Source of the DNA: Acidimicrobiia bacterium
GTDB lineage: Bacteria; Acidobacteriota; Vicinamibacteria; Vicinamibacterales; UBA2999
Reading direction: 5' to 3'
Assembly: GCA_038144855.1 (NCBI GenBank)
Contig: JAYQOO010000002.1
Coordinates: forward strand, 36,742 to 100,741
DNA length: 64,000 bases
Part shown: piece after piece, positions 37,919 to 47,398 of the stretch
How positions within the stretch are numbered: position 1 is the stretch's first letter
How the letters are laid out: every line of letters starts with the position of its first letter
Position numbers and translations under genes: made by a program
The notes under the pieces: model-generated
Database searches by the model: none
Seen by the model: only the letters and a program-made list of their open reading frames with translations
Told to the model about the DNA's origin: nothing

Positions 37919-39475
37919 TCATTGTATGGGAGACTGCGCGACCTGCTCGAACAGTTTCGGATCGATCGGCCTGATGTCGGGCCGCTTGGGATCCTTTTCC
38001 GAGAAGATTTCCAGCCGGATCGACGCGCAGTGCGCGCCGAGCGCGTTGAGCGCGAAGACGTACATCCCTTCTTTGATGGTCTTCTGCTCGTCAATCGGCC
38101 GCTCGATCATCGCCCGTTGGATCGGCGTCACCTCCGTGTCGCCGCAGAAGGTCCGCATGCGCGCGAAATTCGCCCGAAAGCTTGGCAGCGGGGGCAGCGC
38201 CACGCCCTGCGTCATGGCGGCGCCGCGCGCGATCGTCCGCCACACGCTTTCCTCGAACTTCGGCGTGACCCGGATCACCATCAGCGGGGGCGCGTCGGCC
38301 AGGTAGTCGTTCCAGTTGGCAAAGTCGGTTTTCGCGGTGGAACCCGTCGACCCTGACTGTAGGTGCCAGGGCGTCAACAGCGTGAGGTCGAAGTCCGCCG
38401 CCGTCAACGACACCGGCAGGCGTTTCTGTTCGGCCGCCTTCTTCGGCGTCAGCACCTCCACGCGGGTGCTGCCTTGTACCGGCTCCATGGGCAGGTGGAC
38501 GGGTCGCGGCGGATTGCCCGTCATCTTCGACGTGGCGATGTCGACGCCGGCACAGACCTTGTCGATGGGCACGACCCAGGCGTCGGTCCACCGCTTCTGA
38601 TCCTCGCGCCGTTCTTCGAAGGCGCCGAGGCCGATCAACTCGCCGCGCTCGTCGAAGACCGGTGCGCCGCCGCTGTCTCGCGCCAACCGCAGGTCGGCAT
38701 AGATCGCCTGCTCGGTGACCCGCGTGACCGAGCCGTCGCTGAGGCTTTTCGGTGCCAGCATTGGCGCCGCGATCGCCATGATCGGGTCCTTGAAGGCGGC
38801 CGCGCGCGCACGAGGAGTGCACGCCGGCGCGATCGGGCGTCCGGCGACCGAGGGGTCGATCCAGATGATGGCCGCGCCCGTGAGCCGCTCAGAGAGCAGC
38901 ACGGTGCCGGGCACCTTGAGCCGCTCGCGACCCGCGGTGATCTGCACGTCGACGGCCGTGGCGCCGTTCAGTGCTCGATGGCTGGTGGCGATCAGCCCCC
39001 TGGCATCAATGACGAATCCCGACGCATGCGAGGTCGGCGTCCAGATCTCGACGACACTGTCGCGCCACAGGGCGAAGACTTTGGCGGCGTCGCCGCTGGT
39101 CGCGGGAGCCGCGCCGGCGTCGACATCCTCGCTGGCGTTGACCGCGCCGAGGTCAAGGGTGACCTCCTTACCGGCGATCACATCCAGTGTCTGCGTCCAC
39201 GCAAACAGCCGCCCGCCAAGCGAGACCGGCTGGTCCGACTCGACCGTGTAAGAGCCTGCCCGAAGCCTCAATTCAATCGTGCCGTCGTTTGACGTCCGTA
39301 CCCGGCGAGGCTCTGAAGTGGACGGGTTGTCGCTCACCAGCAACACCACGCGCGGCATCGGTATCAGGCCGCCTGAACCATCGGGCATGGCCACGCGGAT
39401 GCGAAGTACGCCCGTGTCCTGGGAAGCCGTCAGCGTCATCAATAGCGCGAGCGTTGCCGCGATCTTGGCCACCAT
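37919..39475 (-). CDS. secreted trypsin-like (S1) serine protease with N-terminal carboxypeptidase-regulatory-like domain and unknown C-terminal domain
   Basis: Signal peptide MVAKIAATLALLMTLTAS. SGFVIDARGLIATSHRAL carries the His. ARDSGGAPVFDERGELIGL carries the GxSGG Ser. The C-terminal ~220 aa has no recognisable motif. Confidence 0.6.
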   Translation of the reverse strand: MVAKIAATLALLMTLTASQDTGVLRIRVAMPDGSGGLIPMPRVVLLVSDNPSTSEPRRVRTSNDGTIELRLRAGSYTVESDQPVSLGGRLFAWTQTLDVIAGKEVTLDLGAVNASEDVDAGAAPATSGDAAKVFALWRDSVVEIWTPTSHASGFVIDARGLIATSHRALNGATAVDVQITAGRERLKVPGTVLLSERLTGAAIIWIDPSVAGRPIAPACTPRARAAAFKDPIMAIAAPMLAPKSLSDGSVTRVTEQAIYADLRLARDSGGAPVFDERGELIGLGAFEERREDQKRWTDAWVVPIDKVCAGVDIATSKMTGNPPRPVHLPMEPVQGSTRVEVLTPKKAAEQKRLPVSLTAADFDLTLLTPWHLQSGSTGSTAKTDFANWNDYLADAPPLMVIRVTPKFEESVWRTIARGAAMTQGVALPPLPSFRANFARMRTFCGDTEVTPIQRAMIERPIDEQKTIKEGMYVFALNALGAHCASIRLEIFSEKDPKRPDIRPIDPKLFEQVAQSPIQ

Positions 39476-39512
39476 TGCCTCCCCAATTGTAGAGAAAGGA
39501 GGGCGGGTTTTC

Positions 39513-40334
39513 GTGTTATCAAAGCTGTCTGTGAAATCTGTGCCTTCTGTGGCCCTGGCTCTGGTTTTGGTCTCTGCGCTTTCTGCCTCGGCGCAACGCG
39601 CCGACCTCGCTCGCGCCAGGACGGCCTACAACCAGCGCCAGTTCGACGTGGCGATTGAAGCCGCTGGAGTGGCGCAGAAAGTCCAGGCCACGGCCGACGC
39701 GGCGGCCGTTGTGCTGGCGCGCGCGCATCTCGAGCGATATCGCGAGCGCGCCAATCCGGACGATCTGTCAGCGGCCCGCCTTGCCCTCGGCACCGTGCGC
39801 GTCTCCAACCTGGAGCCGCGCGACAACGTCGACTACCTGATGGCGCTCGGCGAGGCGCTGTTCTTTGAAGACGACTATGGCGCCGCGGCGACGTTGTTTG
39901 AGAGCGGCATTGACGTGGCCGTGGCGCAGGGTGTGCAGACCGGCGAGGCGATGCTGGAATGGTGGGGAAGCGCGAGCGAACGCCATGCCGACGCCCTTGA
40001 GCGCGAGGCGCGGCGGTCTGCTTTCGGGCGACTTCGCGAGCGCATGGCGAAGGAGTTGTCGCGCAATCCGGGTTCAGCGGCCGCGGCGTACTTTCTGGTG
40101 GTGGCGATTCGCGGGACCGATCAGCCGGTCGATGCGTGGGAGGCGGCGATTGCCGGATGGGTCCGCGCGCGCATGGCCGGCGCGCGATCGGCGACATTGC
40201 GCGCCGATCTCGACAAGTTGGTCCTGGAAGGCATCATCCCGGATCGTGTTCGCGCCGTTGCGGCCGACAAGCGCGCACAGACCGAATCAGAACTGCGCGG
40301 CGAATGGGCCGTGGTGAAGGAGCGGTGGAAGTGA
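39513..40334 (+). CDS. hypothetical secreted all-alpha (TPR-like) protein
   Basis: GTG 39513 is preceded by AAGGAGGG at 39496-39503. Signal peptide VLSKLSVKSVPSVALALVLVSALSASA. The track start at 39279 lies inside the convergent protease gene. Confidence 0.55.
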   Translation: MLSKLSVKSVPSVALALVLVSALSASAQRADLARARTAYNQRQFDVAIEAAGVAQKVQATADAAAVVLARAHLERYRERANPDDLSAARLALGTVRVSNLEPRDNVDYLMALGEALFFEDDYGAAATLFESGIDVAVAQGVQTGEAMLEWWGSASERHADALEREARRSAFGRLRERMAKELSRNPGSAAAAYFLVVAIRGTDQPVDAWEAAIAGWVRARMAGARSATLRADLDKLVLEGIIPDRVRAVAADKRAQTESELRGEWAVVKERWK

Positions 40335-40360
40335 AGAGCGGCGGGAGCCGGTAGCGCGAA

Positions 40361-43048
40361 TCACCCCTTGGCTGCCGTCCAGTTCTCGCCAATCCCCGCA
40401 TCGACATCGAGCGGCACGCTGAGCTTCACCGCGTTCGACATCTTGTCTTTCACCAGCGCCGCGACATCATCGGCCTGATCCTTCGGCGATTCGAACAGCA
40501 GCTCGTCGTGCACGGTGAGGATCATCTTCGCCTGCGGATGCGCGCTCGCCAGCGCCGACGACACATCGATCATGGCGCGCTTGAGGATGTCGGCCGCCGT
40601 GCCCTGGATCGGCATGTTGACGGCAATGCGTTCGGCGCCGGCGCGAATCTGGAAGTTGCGGCTGGAGAGCTCCGGCACAGGACGCCGCCTGCCGAACATC
40701 GTCTTCACGACGCCGCTGGCTTGCGCGTCCTCGAGCGTGTTGTCGATAAACGCGCGCACGCGCGGGAATCCAGCGAAGTAGGCATCGATGAACTGCTGCG
40801 CGGCCTGCTGCGACACGCCGATGTCTTTCGAAAGCGTGAACGCCGTCTTCCCGTAAAGCAGGGCGTAGTTGATGATCTTGGCGCGCCGCCGCAGTTCGTA
40901 CGGATCGAGCGTGCTGTCCGCCCCGAACACCCTGGTCGCGGTCTGGTCGTGGATGTCGTCGCCGCGCACGAAGGCTTCGGTGAGCGTTTCGTCGCCAGAC
41001 AGGTGCGCCAGCACGCGCAGCTCGATCTGCGAGTAGTCCGCGGAGATCAGCACGTGGCCGGGATCGGCAATGAACGCGCTGCGGATCTGGCGGCCGATCT
41101 CCGTGCGGATCGGGATGTTCTGCAGGTTCGGATCGCTGCTGCTCAAGCGCCCCGTCGCCGCAACCGCCTGGCTGATCTGCGTATGGACACGGCCGGTCTC
41201 GGGATTCACCAGCGTCGGCAGCGCGTCGATGTACGTGCCCTTCAGCTTCGACAGGCCGCGCCAATCGAGGATGTGGCGGCAGATCTCGTGCTGGGCGGCC
41301 AGCTCCTCGAGCACTTCGACCGCCGTTGACGGCGCGCGCGAGGTGCCGGTGCGCTTCAACACCGGCAGTTGCATCTTCTCGAACAGCACCTCCGCCAGTT
41401 GCTTTGGCGAGCCGATGTTGAATTCCCCACCCGCCTGCTCGAAGATCAGGCGACTGAGGTCGCTCATTTCGCGATCGAGCACGACCGACTGCGACGCCAG
41501 CGACCTGAAGTCAACGCGGACACCGATGCGTTCGATGGCGGCGAGGATCGGCACCAGTGGCAACTCGAGGTCACGGTAGACCGCTTCGAGTTCGTCCTTG
41601 ATCAGGACCGGCTTCACCTTGTCGGCGAGTTGCAGCGCGATGTCGGCGCGTTCCCCGGCGTAGTCAAGCACGCTGTCCACGGGCACCTGCGCGAAGGGCA
41701 CCGCCTTGACGCCCTTGCCGCGCACGTCCTCGTCGGTGAGGGCCTTGTAGCCGAGCTGCTCGAGCGCGAGCGGCTCCAGGTCCTGGCTCGAGCGATTCGC
41801 GTCGACCAGGTAGCTGGCAATCATCGTGTCGAACCCGTTCGGATTGACGACGTCGACGCCATGGCGGCCGAGCACGATCAGGTCGGCCTTGAGGTCGTGG
41901 CCGATTTTTTCGATCGCCGGATCGGTCAGCAGCGGCGCGAGGATCGCCAGCGCCTCGGACTTGGCCATCGACACACCGCTGCCAAAGCCTTCGTGGCCGA
42001 GCGGCACGTAGCGGGCCTTTGCTCCGGTGATCGAGATTGCAATGCCGACCAGCGTCGCGCGCACCGGCGCGGTTCCGTCGGTAATCACCTTCATGCTGAA
42101 GCGCCCGGCCGCCTTCATCTCCCCGGCCAGCGCCTTCAGTTCGTCCGTCGATCCGATCAGCGCGTAGTCCTTCTGCACCGACGCGGCGGTTGGCGCGTAT
42201 TCCGGGACCAGCGTCCGGAACTCCATCTTCGAAAACAACTGGTAGCAGCGTTCGCGATCCGCGCCCTTGAAGCGGAACTTCTCCAGATCGAACGGCACGT
42301 CCAGTTCCGTGCGGATCGTCACCAGCTCGCGGCTCTGGCGCGCCTGGTCGGCATAGGTCACAAGACCCTCGCGCTGGCGCTTGTTCTTGACTTCCGACGC
42401 GTGAGCGAGCAGCGACTCGAGCGTCCCGTACTCGTTGATCAGGCCAACCGCGCCTTTTTCACCGATGCCAGGGACGCCCGCGACGTTGTCGATCGAGTCG
42501 CCCATCAGCGCCAGGACATCACACACTTGCGACGGTTCGACGCCCCACTTCTCCTTCACGCCCTGTGCGTCGTACCAGGTGCCGTCGTCCTTCGGGTTGT
42601 AGACGCGGATGCCGTCTCCCACCAGCTGGAAGAAGTCCTTGTCGCCGGTGACGATGGCGGCATGCAGGCCGTGGGCCTTGGCCTTCGTCGCCAGCGTGCC
42701 GATCACGTCGTCGGCCTCAAAGCCTTCGAGCGTCAGGATCGGGACGCCCATCCCCTCGCACGCCTCGTGGACCCATGGCACCTGTTCGGCCAAGTCGCCG
42801 GGCATGGGTGCCCGGTTGGCCTTGTAGTCGGCAGCCACGTCCGACCGGAACGTCTTGCCGCGCAGGTCGAACGACGCGAGGATGTACTGCGGCTGGTGGT
42901 CGGCCAGCAGCTTGCGCAGCATCGTGATGAAGCCGTAGGTGGCGTTGGTGGACTTGCCGTCAGACCGCGTCAGCCCACGGATCGCGTGGTAGGCGCGATA
43001 CATCTGGTTGCTGCCGTCAATGAGAAACAGGGTGGGGCCGGCGGCCAT
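40361..43048 (-). CDS. polA: DNA polymerase I
   Basis: An 895-aa protein. It has a 5'-nuclease N-terminus (LFLIDGSNQMYRAYHA), a 3'-5' exonuclease-like middle region, and polymerase motifs (ADYSQIELRVLAH, RRRAKIINYALLYG, VHDELLFE). Confidence 0.95.
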   Translation of the reverse strand: MAAGPTLFLIDGSNQMYRAYHAIRGLTRSDGKSTNATYGFITMLRKLLADHQPQYILASFDLRGKTFRSDVAADYKANRAPMPGDLAEQVPWVHEACEGMGVPILTLEGFEADDVIGTLATKAKAHGLHAAIVTGDKDFFQLVGDGIRVYNPKDDGTWYDAQGVKEKWGVEPSQVCDVLALMGDSIDNVAGVPGIGEKGAVGLINEYGTLESLLAHASEVKNKRQREGLVTYADQARQSRELVTIRTELDVPFDLEKFRFKGADRERCYQLFSKMEFRTLVPEYAPTAASVQKDYALIGSTDELKALAGEMKAAGRFSMKVITDGTAPVRATLVGIAISITGAKARYVPLGHEGFGSGVSMAKSEALAILAPLLTDPAIEKIGHDLKADLIVLGRHGVDVVNPNGFDTMIASYLVDANRSSQDLEPLALEQLGYKALTDEDVRGKGVKAVPFAQVPVDSVLDYAGERADIALQLADKVKPVLIKDELEAVYRDLELPLVPILAAIERIGVRVDFRSLASQSVVLDREMSDLSRLIFEQAGGEFNIGSPKQLAEVLFEKMQLPVLKRTGTSRAPSTAVEVLEELAAQHEICRHILDWRGLSKLKGTYIDALPTLVNPETGRVHTQISQAVAATGRLSSSDPNLQNIPIRTEIGRQIRSAFIADPGHVLISADYSQIELRVLAHLSGDETLTEAFVRGDDIHDQTATRVFGADSTLDPYELRRRAKIINYALLYGKTAFTLSKDIGVSQQAAQQFIDAYFAGFPRVRAFIDNTLEDAQASGVVKTMFGRRRPVPELSSRNFQIRAGAERIAVNMPIQGTAADILKRAMIDVSSALASAHPQAKMILTVHDELLFESPKDQADDVAALVKDKMSNAVKLSVPLDVDAGIGENWTAAKG

Positions 43049-43067
43049 CCAACGATATTATTCGATA

Positions 43068-43784
43068 GTGCGTCTTGCTTTTGCGCTAGTGCTGATTACG
43101 GTGCTCACGTCGATGGCGTGCAGCAACGTCATTGCCAGGAAATACGAATACGAAGAAGAGATTTTCCTGCGTCTCGACGGATCGGCGACCGTCTACGTGA
43201 ACGCGTCCGTGCCGGCGCTAGTGGCGCTGCGCGGCGTCTCGCTGCCGCTCGATCCGGCGGCGCGCCTCGACCGGATCGCGGTTCGCGATCTCTACCAGAC
43301 GCCGGTCACGCAGGTTGAAAGCGTCACGACCTCGCGCCGTGAAGGCCGGCGCTACGTGCACCTGCGCCTCAACGTCCCGGACGTCCGCAGGCTTGGCGAG
43401 GCGCCGCCGTTTGCATGGTCGACCTACCGCTACGTCGAAAGCGACGCGTCGTTCGAGTTCAGCCAGAAGATGAACGACGCGGCCGGCACGGCGGTGGGCA
43501 ACGCCGGGTGGGAGGGTGACGAACTCGTCGCCGTGCGCATGCACCTGCCCAGCGTGATCACGTTCCATAACGCGCCGTCACGAACCACCGAGCGCGGCAA
43601 CATCGTGACCTGGGAGCAACCGCTCGCCGAACGGCTGAAGAGCACGCCCCTCGACATCCAGGCCACGTTGGAAAAGGACTCAATCCTGATCCGCACACTC
43701 GCGCTGTTTGCCGCGATGGGCGTGCTCGTCATCCTGACGTTCATCGGCGCGATCTGGTTCGTGCGATCGCGCAAGCCCGCCTAG
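43068..43784 (+). CDS. hypothetical lipoprotein with C-terminal TM anchor
   Basis: From GTG 43068 the sequence reads VRLAFALVLITVLTSMAC, which is lipobox-like. A C-terminal TM segment LALFAAMGVLVILTFIGAIWFV is present. The start is uncertain (track start 43008). Confidence 0.45.
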   Translation: MRLAFALVLITVLTSMACSNVIARKYEYEEEIFLRLDGSATVYVNASVPALVALRGVSLPLDPAARLDRIAVRDLYQTPVTQVESVTTSRREGRRYVHLRLNVPDVRRLGEAPPFAWSTYRYVESDASFEFSQKMNDAAGTAVGNAGWEGDELVAVRMHLPSVITFHNAPSRTTERGNIVTWEQPLAERLKSTPLDIQATLEKDSILIRTLALFAAMGVLVILTFIGAIWFVRSRKPA

Positions 43785-44341
43785 TTGCTCTTCCGCGGCT
43801 CCATCGACTCGCGCACCTCGGCGTCGGTCTTCAGCGCGTTTTTGACGTCGAACTCACCGAAGCCGGACGCCAGCGATCGCGCCAGCATCCGCTCGACGTT
43901 GCTCTGCACCACGCCCTCGAGCGACACGTGCCCGCCGTTGACCACGATCCGGATCGGCGGGTTGGCCATCGAGGCGTATTGCCAGAACGACGAGTGGCCG
44001 TAGATCGCACGGGCGATCCTGAAGCGTAGTTGATCATCCCAGGTCGACGCCGGCAGCACGCCGATCTTGTTGTCGACATCCGTCACGCTTTCGACCTTGC
44101 GGACGCGCTTCTCGATGTCGTCCTTCTTGAACGGCATCGTCACCCATCCGCTCAGCACCACCTTGCCGTCGGTCACCGACGCAGAGATGCTGTCGAAGAT
44201 GGTGAGCTGCGTGTAGCGATTGACTTGATCGGCGACGTCGTTGGAGACCTGCAGATCCTTGCGTTCGGGTTGCGGGACTTGCGCCGACGCCTGGGAGAGA
44301 GACAGGACCGAGACCAAGACAGTAGCGAATAGCGTTCTCAT
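43781..44341 (-). CDS. secreted BON-domain protein (two BON domains, OsmY-like)
   Basis: Signal peptide MRTLFATVLVSVLSLSQASA. Two units are present (..ISASVTDGKVVLSGWV.., ..IRIVVNGGHVSLEGVV..). GGAGG lies 6 nt upstream of the ATG. Confidence 0.8.
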   Translation of the reverse strand: MRTLFATVLVSVLSLSQASAQVPQPERKDLQVSNDVADQVNRYTQLTIFDSISASVTDGKVVLSGWVTMPFKKDDIEKRVRKVESVTDVDNKIGVLPASTWDDQLRFRIARAIYGHSSFWQYASMANPPIRIVVNGGHVSLEGVVQSNVERMLARSLASGFGEFDVKNALKTDAEVRESMEPRKSN

Positions 44342-44400
44342 GTGAAACCTCCGACGCCATTCGCTACTGCGATAGTTATGCCAGCCTGTTCTGTCCTCGT

Positions 44401-45495
44401 TTACGGAGTGGCGACGTAGCCTTTCCGCGCGCGCACCTTGAGGTTGGGATCGCGCAGCTCCACACGAATCGTGTGCCAGCGTCCGTCCTTCAAGCCGAGG
44501 CTCGGGTACCCCAGGTAGTACTGCTGACTCAGTTCATCGGCAATGCTGCCGATGGCCGGATCCAGGTCGCGCGTGTCGCGCACGATCTCGGTGCGGCCGC
44601 CGCTGTCGTCGGTCATCTCGCGCAGCGCCATCACGTTGACGCGATCGTCATTGCCGACCGAGTAGGTGCCGCGGCCGCCGGTGCTCGGCGGATATCCACC
44701 AACGCCTCCTGTTCCCGGAGGAATACGGGCACCGCCGCCGCGTCCCGACCCGCCGCGACCGCCGCCGGGAAACGGCAGCGGAATCGGCAGGCGAGGCGGC
44801 GGCTGTTGAATCACCGGTGGCTGCTGACGCGTAAACGTGGGTGTGCCCTGGCCGTCGATGCCGACGGCGTAGACCAGCACTTCGGTTTCGCGCACCACCT
44901 GCCTCACGTCGGAGACGCCGACGCGGCTGCTGGTGTCGTTGCCGTCGGAAATGATGACGACGGCCTTCTTGCGATTCTGGCCGCCCTGCGCCATTGGCAC
45001 GGCTTCCGAGACCGCGTCATACATCGCGGTGCCACCGTTGGGATGCACGCGGCCGATGGCCACCGCCAGCCGATCCCGATCGTTGGTCCAATCCGCCACC
45101 AGGTCCGCGTTGCCGCTGAAGCGGTAGAGGAAGAACTCGTCGAACTCGTTCGACATCATCCGGAAGAAGCGGTCGATCGAGTTCACCGCTGCCGACCATT
45201 TTTCGCCAGACATGCTGCCGCTGGTGTCGACGACAATGCCGAGGCTGACCGGCGTGCGTTCGGCGTTGAAGTGTGTCACCTCAACCGGCTTGTTGTCTTC
45301 GTAGACGAGAAAGTCTTCCTTGCGAAGCTTGCCGTAGAAGCGCCCGCTCCGATCGGTGACGGTGGCCGTCACGTTGATCAGCTCGACGCCGCTCTTGAAC
45401 TTGAAGCCTTGCTCCTGCTGAGCGGCCAGCGTCGCGCATGCCAGCGCGATGGTCACGACCGAGAGCCCAGTTCGTTTCACCATGGCGGTCCTCAC
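44401..45495 (-). CDS. VWFA-related acidobacterial-type domain protein (von Willebrand A) with RGG/Pro-rich insert
   Basis: The N-terminal FKSGVELINVTATVTDRSGRFYGKLRKEDFLVYEDNKPVEVTHF pattern fits the TIGR03436-type family, from memory. A MIDAS-like VVDTSGSMSG is present. There is a low-complexity GGGRGGSGRGGGARIPPGTGGVGGYPPSTGGRG insert. The start is GTG 45495 (overlapping the upstream stop) or ATG 45483. Confidence 0.8.
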   Translation of the reverse strand: MRTAMVKRTGLSVVTIALACATLAAQQEQGFKFKSGVELINVTATVTDRSGRFYGKLRKEDFLVYEDNKPVEVTHFNAERTPVSLGIVVDTSGSMSGEKWSAAVNSIDRFFRMMSNEFDEFFLYRFSGNADLVADWTNDRDRLAVAIGRVHPNGGTAMYDAVSEAVPMAQGGQNRKKAVVIISDGNDTSSRVGVSDVRQVVRETEVLVYAVGIDGQGTPTFTRQQPPVIQQPPPRLPIPLPFPGGGRGGSGRGGGARIPPGTGGVGGYPPSTGGRGTYSVGNDDRVNVMALREMTDDSGGRTEIVRDTRDLDPAIGSIADELSQQYYLGYPSLGLKDGRWHTIRVELRDPNLKVRARKGYVATP

Positions 45496-46298
45496 TTTGC
45501 GGCCACGTTGACGGGTTGGTCGCCTGCCGCCGGCTCGGGCGACGCCTCACGCCGGTCGATGTGCGGCACGATGCCCTCGTCGGTGCGGAAGCTGACGCGA
45601 TAGCGCGACACCGTAGCGGGCGCGTCGAGCGAGACCACGAACGGCGATTCGTCGCCGGCGCCAAGCTTCAGGAAATCGACATTGGCCTTCGAGCTGGTGA
45701 TGAACGTGCCGGCGCGATCGAACAGGAACACGACGGCCGAGAGGCGCTCAACGGGATGCCCCGCGACCGGATTGCGTACCAATCCTGAGACGGCGATTTT
45801 CTGATCCTGGCGCTGGTGCGTCAGCGATACGAGTTCGAGCGGCGCGTGTGGTCCAACGGCGGCGGCCGACGTCCCGCGTGGCTCAGACATCATCCAGGCT
45901 AGTCCGCCAGACAAGACGACAAACAGCACGACGGCGGCAAACGCGAGCGTTGTTTGCCCGCTGCCGGTGGTGCGCTGCGACTCAGCCGCTCCCAGAAACC
46001 CCGTGGCATGGCCGAGCGACGGTGAAGACGGCGCAGCGGGCGCCGAGGGTGACACGAGTGACGCCGCTGTCACTCGCGGCGACGACCACGGCGCTTTGGA
46101 AAGTGTCGGCGCGGCCAGCGGAAGGTCCTGAGCGAGCCTCGGTGGGTTGACCGCGTCAGCGTCCGCCGCGAGCGACAGCGCCGCAACCCGCGCTGACGAG
46201 CGTTGCTTTTCTTCGCGCAGCAGTCGCGACGCGGTCACGCTCATCACGAATGCGACGATCAGCGACACGACGGTAATGGCTAACAGGATGATGTCCAT
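45492..46298 (-). CDS. hypothetical two-TM membrane protein with C-terminal beta-rich (FxLYD-like?) domain
   Basis: TM1 MDIILLAITVVSLIVAFVMSV and TM2 TLAFAAVVLFVVLSGGLAWMM. The C-terminus ..KIAVSGLVRNPVAGHPVERLSAVVFLFDRAGTF.. resembles FxLYD-type domains, but the similarity is weak. Confidence 0.5.
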   Translation of the reverse strand: MDIILLAITVVSLIVAFVMSVTASRLLREEKQRSSARVAALSLAADADAVNPPRLAQDLPLAAPTLSKAPWSSPRVTAASLVSPSAPAAPSSPSLGHATGFLGAAESQRTTGSGQTTLAFAAVVLFVVLSGGLAWMMSEPRGTSAAAVGPHAPLELVSLTHQRQDQKIAVSGLVRNPVAGHPVERLSAVVFLFDRAGTFITSSKANVDFLKLGAGDESPFVVSLDAPATVSRYRVSFRTDEGIVPHIDRREASPEPAAGDQPVNVAAK

Positions 46299-46300
46299 GG

Positions 46301-47398
46301 CTATCGCAACCTGAATTCAACGCCCACTTCAACGATCACATCGACGGCGACGCCCTTCATGCGGCCTGGCGCGAAGCGCCATTGCCGCACGGCCTGCACC
46401 GCGCGATCGTTGAGGCCGCCACGCAGTCCGCGCACGATCTTCACCTCGCCGACCGTGCCGTCGCGCCGCACCACGATCTCGAGTTCGACTTCGCCTTCGA
46501 TGTTTCCGCGGCGCGCCTCGTCGGTGTAGTCGGCGCGCACTTCGCGCAGCAGTCGCGGCGGTTCGACGCCGCTGCCGGGACGGAAGGGGCCGCCGCCGTA
46601 GCCGCCGCCGGTTCCTTCTCCAACGCCGCTGCCGTCACCTTGTCCGAGACCGGTGCCCTGGCCCGATCCGGTTCCTCCGCCAGTGCCGGTGCCTTGTGTC
46701 GGCGGCGCTTCGGGTGCCTTCGCCAGCACGCCTTCGCGGTCCTCGACTTCCGCCTTCTTCGTGGGAATCGGCGCCATCACCGGCGTGAGCACCTTGGCCT
46801 CGAGCGGCTTGGGAGGCTCTGGCGGTTTGGGCTCCGGCCGCATCGGCGGAGGCAGCTTGCGCGCGGGCAGCGGACTACTGACTTTCTCGGGGCCCTTGCG
46901 CATGGCTTTGGGAGGCGGTGTCTTGAACTTCAGTCCACCTCCACCACCGCCACCGCCTGGGCCGGGCGCGACGAGAAACACCATGCGGATCGGCTCGGGT
47001 TCCTTGAGCGGTTCGGTGCGTTCGTCCGCGACGGCAAAGCCGAGGCTCGCGACGAAGAGGATCGCGGCGACGGCCAACCCGTGCAGGCTCGTCGACAACA
47101 GCAGCGGCACCGCCGTCGATCGCTCCGCGCGGGCCGCCTGGGCAAACAACTCGCGCCCGAGGCCGAGCGTGCCGGCCACGCCAACGGTCGATCCCTTTTT
47201 CAGCGCGCGGACGGCGCGGATGGCTTCACCCTGCGCGACGTAGGCGGCAAGCGCCGGATCGACGGCGATGGGGAGTTGCGCGGCGACGGAGCGGATCTCG
47301 CCGCGTGCGATCAGCTGCAGGACCCGGGGCTCGCTGACCCCAGCCGCTGTCGCGATATCCCGGGCGGTGTAGACGTCCGGCGGAAGGGAAGCAGACAT
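46301..47398 (-). CDS. TonB C-terminal-domain protein with N-terminal cytoplasmic helix-turn-helix (excisionase/HTH_17-like), one TM, Pro- and Gly-rich linkers
   Basis: The N-terminus reads DVYTARDIATAAGVSEPRVLQLIARGEIRSV. The TM segment is AVPLLLSTSLHGLAVAAILFVASLGF. Linkers are PPPMRPEPKPPEPPKP and GTGTGGGTGSGQGTG. The C-terminus ..NIEGEVELEIVVRRDGTVGEVKIVRGL..LNDRAVQAVRQWRFAPG is a TonB_C domain. Confidence 0.75.
   Translation of the reverse strand: MSASLPPDVYTARDIATAAGVSEPRVLQLIARGEIRSVAAQLPIAVDPALAAYVAQGEAIRAVRALKKGSTVGVAGTLGLGRELFAQAARAERSTAVPLLLSTSLHGLAVAAILFVASLGFAVADERTEPLKEPEPIRMVFLVAPGPGGGGGGGGLKFKTPPPKAMRKGPEKVSSPLPARKLPPPMRPEPKPPEPPKPLEAKVLTPVMAPIPTKKAEVEDREGVLAKAPEAPPTQGTGTGGGTGSGQGTGLGQGDGSGVGEGTGGGYGGGPFRPGSGVEPPRLLREVRADYTDEARRGNIEGEVELEIVVRRDGTVGEVKIVRGLRGGLNDRAVQAVRQWRFAPGRMKGVAVDVIVEVGVEFRLR

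Noticed and set aside
37907-37921. An in-frame TGA (37921-37919, minus strand) between the S1-protease gene and pcnB, considered as a possible Sec or read-through site.
   Set aside because: PcnB starts with its normal N-terminus at ATG 37909. There is no Cys-type motif at the junction and no downstream hairpin. This is simply close operon packing in the same frame.
46934-46958. A poly-Gly codon run (GGN x8, read on the minus strand) in the TonB-like gene, and the RGG-rich tract in the VWFA gene (about 44690-44800), considered as contingency or phase-variation loci.
   Set aside because: The repeats are heterogeneous at the nucleotide level (mixed GGT, GGC and GGA codons), so slippage is unlikely. 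They are more simply flexible linkers.
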